A stretch of DNA of 64,000 nt from Eremomyces bilateralis CBS 781.70 (taxonomy: Eukaryota). The translations under genes were made by a program, and so were the position numbers. The notes beneath the pieces are model-generated. The model was not told the DNA's origin, did not search any database, and saw only the letters and a program-made list of their open reading frames with translations. Each line of letters begins with the position of its first letter. Position 1 is the stretch's first letter. Positions 62,258 to 64,000 of the stretch are shown here, one piece after another. The stretch lies in the NCBI GenBank assembly GCA_010015585.1, contig ML975153.1; one strand, written 5' to 3'.

Positions 62258-63965
62258 TCATTTACTCGGTGGATTCCCCGCCCGCACCAATACCCGAACG
62301 TTATCCAAAAACCGCTTGACCAACGGCTCGAACGAGTTCTCCACCCCCTCCTGCGCCATCAACCCCTGCCGCCGCACCTCCTCCGCATCCACCTCCACCT
62401 CCAACTCATGCGTGCACGACGGATCGCGCGGATCGCCCACCTGGGTGAGGTCGATCCTTACCCCCTGATGCTCGTAAGATAACCGGTCTTTCCGGCGTGG
62501 CGGCTGGCCCCCGGGGTTCCCGTTCGCGCCCACGTGCATGGGGTCGCCACCGTCGACGAGGGTCTCGATGGGGCCGTCGTAGCGCATTTCGACGTTGACG
62601 GAGATGCGGATGTCGAAGATTTGGCCGGGGCAGAATATGTCGAGGTCGGCGATGCGGGCTTTAACAATCTTGGCGGTGACCTGGTTGGTTTTGGTGTCCC
62701 GGGTGACGCGGATTTTGGGAGCATGTTTGCGCATGGAGATGAGGTCGCGGGCGTAGGCGGGGAGCTGGTCCAGGGCGGCGGGACGGAGGGGGTGGAAGGT
62801 GTCCACTTCGACTGAGTGGCGGTAGTGCACGGGGATCCGTGGGGGTTGTTGGGATAGCTGCGTTTCTCGGTTCAAGAAGCGGTTCATGTCCCGATGTTGG
62901 AGCTAGATGAGGTTAGTATCTCGTACCACGCCGGTAGGGGAGATTCAATGGACATACCTTAGACATTGTGCTCTCGAATCTTGTCGAAACACCGGGGACG
63001 AGGATAGTCTCCGACTGGACCGGCAATGCTATGCGGCCCCCATCGTCCCGCGAGACCAGCGTCCCGATCTTCGCTTCGATCTCGAAGACGGCTCTCGGAC
63101 CTCCCGCCGACGGGTGTCCCAGATCCGGTCCGGCAACGACCGTATCGAACAGGAAGTCGGCGATCTTGCGGTCGAACTCGTTATAGGGCTCGAAATTCGT
63201 GACGGTGGGTTCGGGGAGGCCGGGCTTCGCGTCGCGCAAGGGCGGTGGATGGCCGTTGGGGGGCGGCGCGGCGGGGGGAGCCGGGGATCGATCGACGCTG
63301 ATCTTCTCGTGCTTCATGCGTGGTGTATGGGAGAGCCGGGCACGCGTTTGACGGGCGTGGATGATCTCTTCGACAATTCGCTCAACATCGGCTTTCAGGT
63401 TGTCCCAGTCGGCGCGTTGCGCCCATCGTGGAGGTTCGTGGCGGACGCGCTTGCGCTGCGATGATTCAGTTTCCAGGTTGTCGACGGTGCTAATGCTTCT
63501 CTTTCGGGAGGAGGGCTGGGGGGAGCTGGTGATGATGGAGGAGGGGTGTTCAGAATGGAGCTGTTCAGGTGGAAGGCCAGATGGCGCGCTGGAGACGCGA
63601 TGGGGACCGTCCAGTGGTTGGTCTAAGGATGAGACGGGGGTGGGGTTTTGAACAGGTTCAGGGTCGGAATAGATGGTAGACGGGATGTTGAGGTTGGTGA
63701 TTCGGGTCTTGGGACTGACGCTGACGCTCTGGTCTCGTGGGAAGGGGTTCGCTGTGGCGGGATGGGGCGTGTACGGTGGCTGCGGAGGGGAGAAGTTGGG
63801 GAAGGTCGGTAGCGAGGCCTGTCGAGTCGGGTACATCTGAGGAGGTAATGGACGCGAGGTGGATGATGGAGAGGAATGCGGAGTGGAGTGCAGTTGGGCG
63901 GGAATGGTGTTGGCTCGCGCTGCGGCGGCGGCGGCGTCGGTGTTGAGAATGGATCGTAGGTCCAT
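62258..63965 (-). CDS. CET1: mRNA capping RNA triphosphatase (CYTH/TTM family)
   Basis: PPRWAQ, FEIEAKIG, RFESTM / NRFLN, KIRVTRD, AKIVKARIADL, DIRISVN.E, RRKDRLSY, IDLTQV, HELEVE. Confidence 0.93.
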
Positions 63966-64000
63966 GTTGATCTAAGCGATGGTGATGGTATGGGCTAGCA

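Noticed and set aside
1..64000. tRNA, rRNA, snRNA or ribozyme genes
   Set aside because: None recognised by eye in intergenic regions; an Infernal/tRNAscan search would be needed to exclude them.

Overview
Eukaryotic DNA from a filamentous ascomycete (Pezizomycotina-type short GT..AG introns with CTAAC/CTGAC branch points). It has three zones. (1) An accessory, transposon-rich patch at about 1-14.4 kb: a divergent MFS transporter/TauD dioxygenase pair with CYS3/MetR-type sites, a 5'-truncated Tad1-like LINE inactivated by C-to-T/G-to-A stops, two families of solo LTRs (two copies each), an intact Zn2Cys6 transcription factor among them, and several decayed genes. (2) A compact housekeeping block at about 12.7-48.7 kb: ELC1, UBA2, QNG1, ORC6, ERV29, a GST, TIM54, kynurenine formamidase, a PPIL3 cyclophilin, an arrestin-like gene, SEN54, CK2 beta, TMA20, SGT2, a peroxisomal 4CL-like ligase, NAS6 and SGM1/TMF1. 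(3) At 49-64 kb, a near-intact Fot1/pogo DNA transposon with perfect 43-bp TIRs in what looks like a stack of excision footprints, an adjacent MDR dehydrogenase pseudogene, then NIT2, a UBTD-like gene, an HEXXH remnant, TRAPPC11 and CET1. I found no convincing novel multi-gene system. The best leads are the footprint-array hotspot, the LTR-bracketed TF cassette, a hidden 68-aa spliced micro-gene and a 930-nt AUG-free leader. Gene identities come from motif recognition by eye, not database searches; exon boundaries were read manually.
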